Source: Neoconidiobolus thromboides FSU 785
Lineage: Eukaryota; Fungi; Entomophthoromycota
Length of the DNA stretch: 64,000 bases
Reading direction: 5' to 3'
Assembly: GCA_025603075.1 (NCBI GenBank)
Contig: MU626296.1
Coordinates: forward strand, 1-64,000
How positions within the stretch are numbered: position 1 is the first letter of the stretch; each line of letters starts with the position of its first letter. The notes beneath the pieces were generated by a model. That model was not told the DNA's origin, did not search any database, and saw only the letters and a list, made by a program, of their open reading frames with translations. Both the position numbers and the translations under genes were made by a program. Of this stretch, positions 61,244 to 64,000 are shown piece by piece.

Positions 61244-62776
61244 ATGGGAGATAATAACAAATCTTTGGATAACATCGATGAGCTTATGAAGGCTAATGAT
61301 TTATTTGACGAGAATGAATCTGATAATGAAAGTGGTGAGTATAGTAGCTCGGATAATGGATTAGATGCTTCAATTAAGGAGAAGATCAATGACTTAAGAA
61401 CATACGGCGGAATCAGTAATAGTACTCTTAAAACGCCTGGATCATTAAAGTTACTTAGTTCAAACTCCAGAATTAATGAAAAGTATTATAGATTAAGAAG
61501 ATTGATAAATGAGGTCAACGAAGAGATGATTGAATTTACTTATGTATATGAAGCAGAAAAAGCAAGGATATCAAAACGTAAAAAGAAAGCAAAGAAGCCA
61601 GATGAAAAGCAATTAGCAAAGAAAATTGGAGATGACTTGGTTCTTAATGGTGTTTTAAATGGGAAAATACCAATTAAAGTTGGAGCTGATTTATTAAATA
61701 TAAATTATAGTACTTTTCTTACTAGACTTTCTAGAAAAAAAAAGAAGTTGGCTAATGACCAAGAAGTTGAAGATTTGAGGAAGAATGGAAATAATAGAAA
61801 AGTATATGAGGAAATGTATGATATTATCTATGATTATATAACGAGACATCACAATGCCACATTAAAGCAAGTAAGAGACTTTTTGTTAGAAAAACAAATA
61901 GATTTGTCCACATCTACAATAAGCAGAATTAAACATAAGATGAATATTACTTATAAGCAAGGAGCTCAGGTTCCAAAATCATGGAATAAAGAAGAAGTAA
62001 TTTTAAAACGAAAACAATATGTTGAAGAATATAAAAAGCTGATTGGACGCAAATTTATTTATATTGATGAGGCTTACTTTAATCGCTTTGCAACCAACCA
62101 AAGTGAGTATGTTGTATTTAAAGGACAAAATTTTATTTTGACGCCAGAATCTACTCCTAAAAGCATTAATTATATCGTGGCTATATCAGAATCTGGGGTT
62201 GAAAGTTATAAAATTATTGAAAAAATGAAAACTATTAATACTAATCAAGAAGATTTTGAAGAATTTATGAATGAATTATATTTAAAGAATGAAAATCAAC
62301 AGATTGTTTATGTATTTAATGAGGCAAATAATAACCTTATTTCGGACACATTAAAACAATCCATTATATCCTCAAATTCATTTGTATTAACTGTACCTAA
62401 ATACTCTTCATTCTTAAACCCAATTGATTTATATTTTAATATTTTAAAAGCTGGAGTAAATAAATTACCACATAGTGGTAATTCAGATGTTATTAAAAAT
62501 ATATTAAAAGTTCAATTTATAATTGGGGGTACTGAGCATTGTGGTAATTATTTTAAACATGTAAGTGAATATATTCCTTTATGTGAAAAGGGTTCTATGT
62601 TTAAAGGGGAAATTTTCAAACCAGAAGTTTTGTCACCAGAAGAAGTGGCGGAAATATCAGTGGGAAATACAAGGGAAAAATCAATTGGAGATATAGCAGG
62701 AGGATCAGTTGAGAATACAATTGAAGGATCAATTGAGGATGTAGCAAGAGGATTAGATGAAAATTTAGTTGAATAG
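61244..62776 (+). CDS. Tc1/mariner-IS630-like transposase-derived protein with a degenerate catalytic triad
   Basis: HTH-like segments, FIYIDE, VFNEANNN aligned to canonical xDNAxxH, and VPKYSSFLNPID aligned to LPPYSPDLNPIE. Intact 510-aa ORF with no flanking TIRs seen. Confidence 0.8.
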   Translation: MGDNNKSLDNIDELMKANDLFDENESDNESGEYSSSDNGLDASIKEKINDLRTYGGISNSTLKTPGSLKLLSSNSRINEKYYRLRRLINEVNEEMIEFTYVYEAEKARISKRKKKAKKPDEKQLAKKIGDDLVLNGVLNGKIPIKVGADLLNINYSTFLTRLSRKKKKLANDQEVEDLRKNGNNRKVYEEMYDIIYDYITRHHNATLKQVRDFLLEKQIDLSTSTISRIKHKMNITYKQGAQVPKSWNKEEVILKRKQYVEEYKKLIGRKFIYIDEAYFNRFATNQSEYVVFKGQNFILTPESTPKSINYIVAISESGVESYKIIEKMKTINTNQEDFEEFMNELYLKNENQQIVYVFNEANNNLISDTLKQSIISSNSFVLTVPKYSSFLNPIDLYFNILKAGVNKLPHSGNSDVIKNILKVQFIIGGTEHCGNYFKHVSEYIPLCEKGSMFKGEIFKPEVLSPEEVAEISVGNTREKSIGDIAGGSVENTIEGSIEDVARGLDENLVE

Positions 62777-63236
62777 TTAATGAAAAATTAGTATATATAT
62801 ATAAAAACAAACGATGTTAAACATATTATTTTGATTCTAATAATAAATATGCTTAATCAATTATAAACTTCGGCTTTTTTACTTTAATTTCATTTAGTCT
62901 TTTAACTTATTATTGACAATTAGTTACTAAAGTTTAAATGTATGATTTAAAAAATGATACTTTAAATAGAATAAATAACAAGACAAATAAAACAAAGAAT
63001 AAAATGGAATATTTGATTAGCATCTAAATACAATTCATAATAAAATAGTAACTATCGCTTCAACTCCATTTATAATATCAAATATAGAAGGACACATTAT
63101 GATTAATATTTTTTATTGAAAGAAAAGGTGTAATAATAATGTTATAAAAGATAAAATTTTAAACCATAATAAAATGATTACTTTTTAACATAAAAAGAAA
63201 AATAAATTCAAATAGATCAACGTTGACCTGTATTCC

Positions 63237-64000
63237 TTATTGAATAGCTTTACCACCAAGGATCTTAGCTAACATAGCATGTACTTGAGCTCCAACCAAT
63301 TCATTAGTGGATCGAATAGTAGCTCTAAACATCTAGAAAAACAATAAAATAAAATGAGTATATACAAAACAAACAACTTACTTGCTGATCCAAATTCGGC
63401 TCCACCCTAAATAAGCAACCAAATTTACCTTCATTACCGCAATAAGCTACCCCAGCTGCTACGATATTATTTGGATTTGGATCCAAACCATCCAAGATAT
63501 CAATATTTAATCCAAGTAGTACTTTTTTAACCTTACTAATATCAATATTAACACCTGATCTAAAAACTGCTTGGGTCTCCCTTGGAGCACCTCCAATTTG
63601 TTTCCATCGTGGGAAAAAATCTTGTGGTTGAATTTTAGCTGGTCCTAAAAAGCTTAACATTACAGCTGGTAGTTTAAATAATATAGATTGTGCTCCATTA
63701 GTAATATAAGTAAGTCTAAGATGAGGCACTTCAGTAATTGGAGCAATACAATCTACTTTAAAAATTTGATGTAGCTGGGATTTGGGTGGAATTTGAGATG
63801 GAATAGATTGAATAACACTAATTGTAAGTCCAGGTACTCCTCCTTTTTTAGCTGGCACAAATTTTAAACTGGATAATTGGACACCTAATTTATTACCAAC
63901 ATATAATGAAATCTTTCCAGAATTACCACTATATTCACTTTTAAAACCCAATTGTAATTGATCATCTTCAAACAAAATGCCACTCCTAGTAAATAAAGCA
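63237..64000 (-). CDS. APL3: AP-2 complex alpha-adaptin, C-terminal appendage exons (5' part outside the window)
   Basis: FEDDQLQLGFKSEY, QDFFPRWKQIG, LDPNPNNIVAAG and GCLFRVEPN, then an intron and last exon MFRATIRSTNE...GKAIQ*. Confidence 0.88.

Overview
Very AT-rich eukaryotic DNA with short (about 45-60 nt) GT-AG introns and one 260-N assembly gap. The gene content (secreted trypsin, GDSL lipase, alpha carbonic anhydrase, multicopper oxidases, type III glutamine synthetase, CAT-type amino-acid permeases) suggests an early-diverging fungus, possibly entomophthoralean (Conidiobolus-like); that assignment is inference. About 26 protein genes are supported: two inverted multicopper oxidase paralogs, GAD, FSH1, a Src1/Man1-like protein, the TFIIIC B-block subunit, an HSF-type factor, a USP deubiquitinase, three intronless APC permease paralogs, trypsin, tetraspanin, COP-epsilon, GSIII, an HExxH metalloprotease, RMD1, NAD(P)HX dehydratase, catalase, carbonic anhydrase, GDSL lipase, HEM4, a Tc1/IS630 transposase-derived ORF, the 3' end of AP-2 alpha, and two genes of unknown function. 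Several features are not visible in the ORF track: an approximately 104-bp foldback MITE-like family (8 copies), a full-length HEM4 pseudogene carrying one of those copies, a spliced orphan gene at 29952-31250, an unusually long hairpin-containing RMD1 intron, and two convergent genes whose stop codons share one TTAA. No rRNA, tRNA or CRISPR array was recognised. All alignments and splice models were made by eye.
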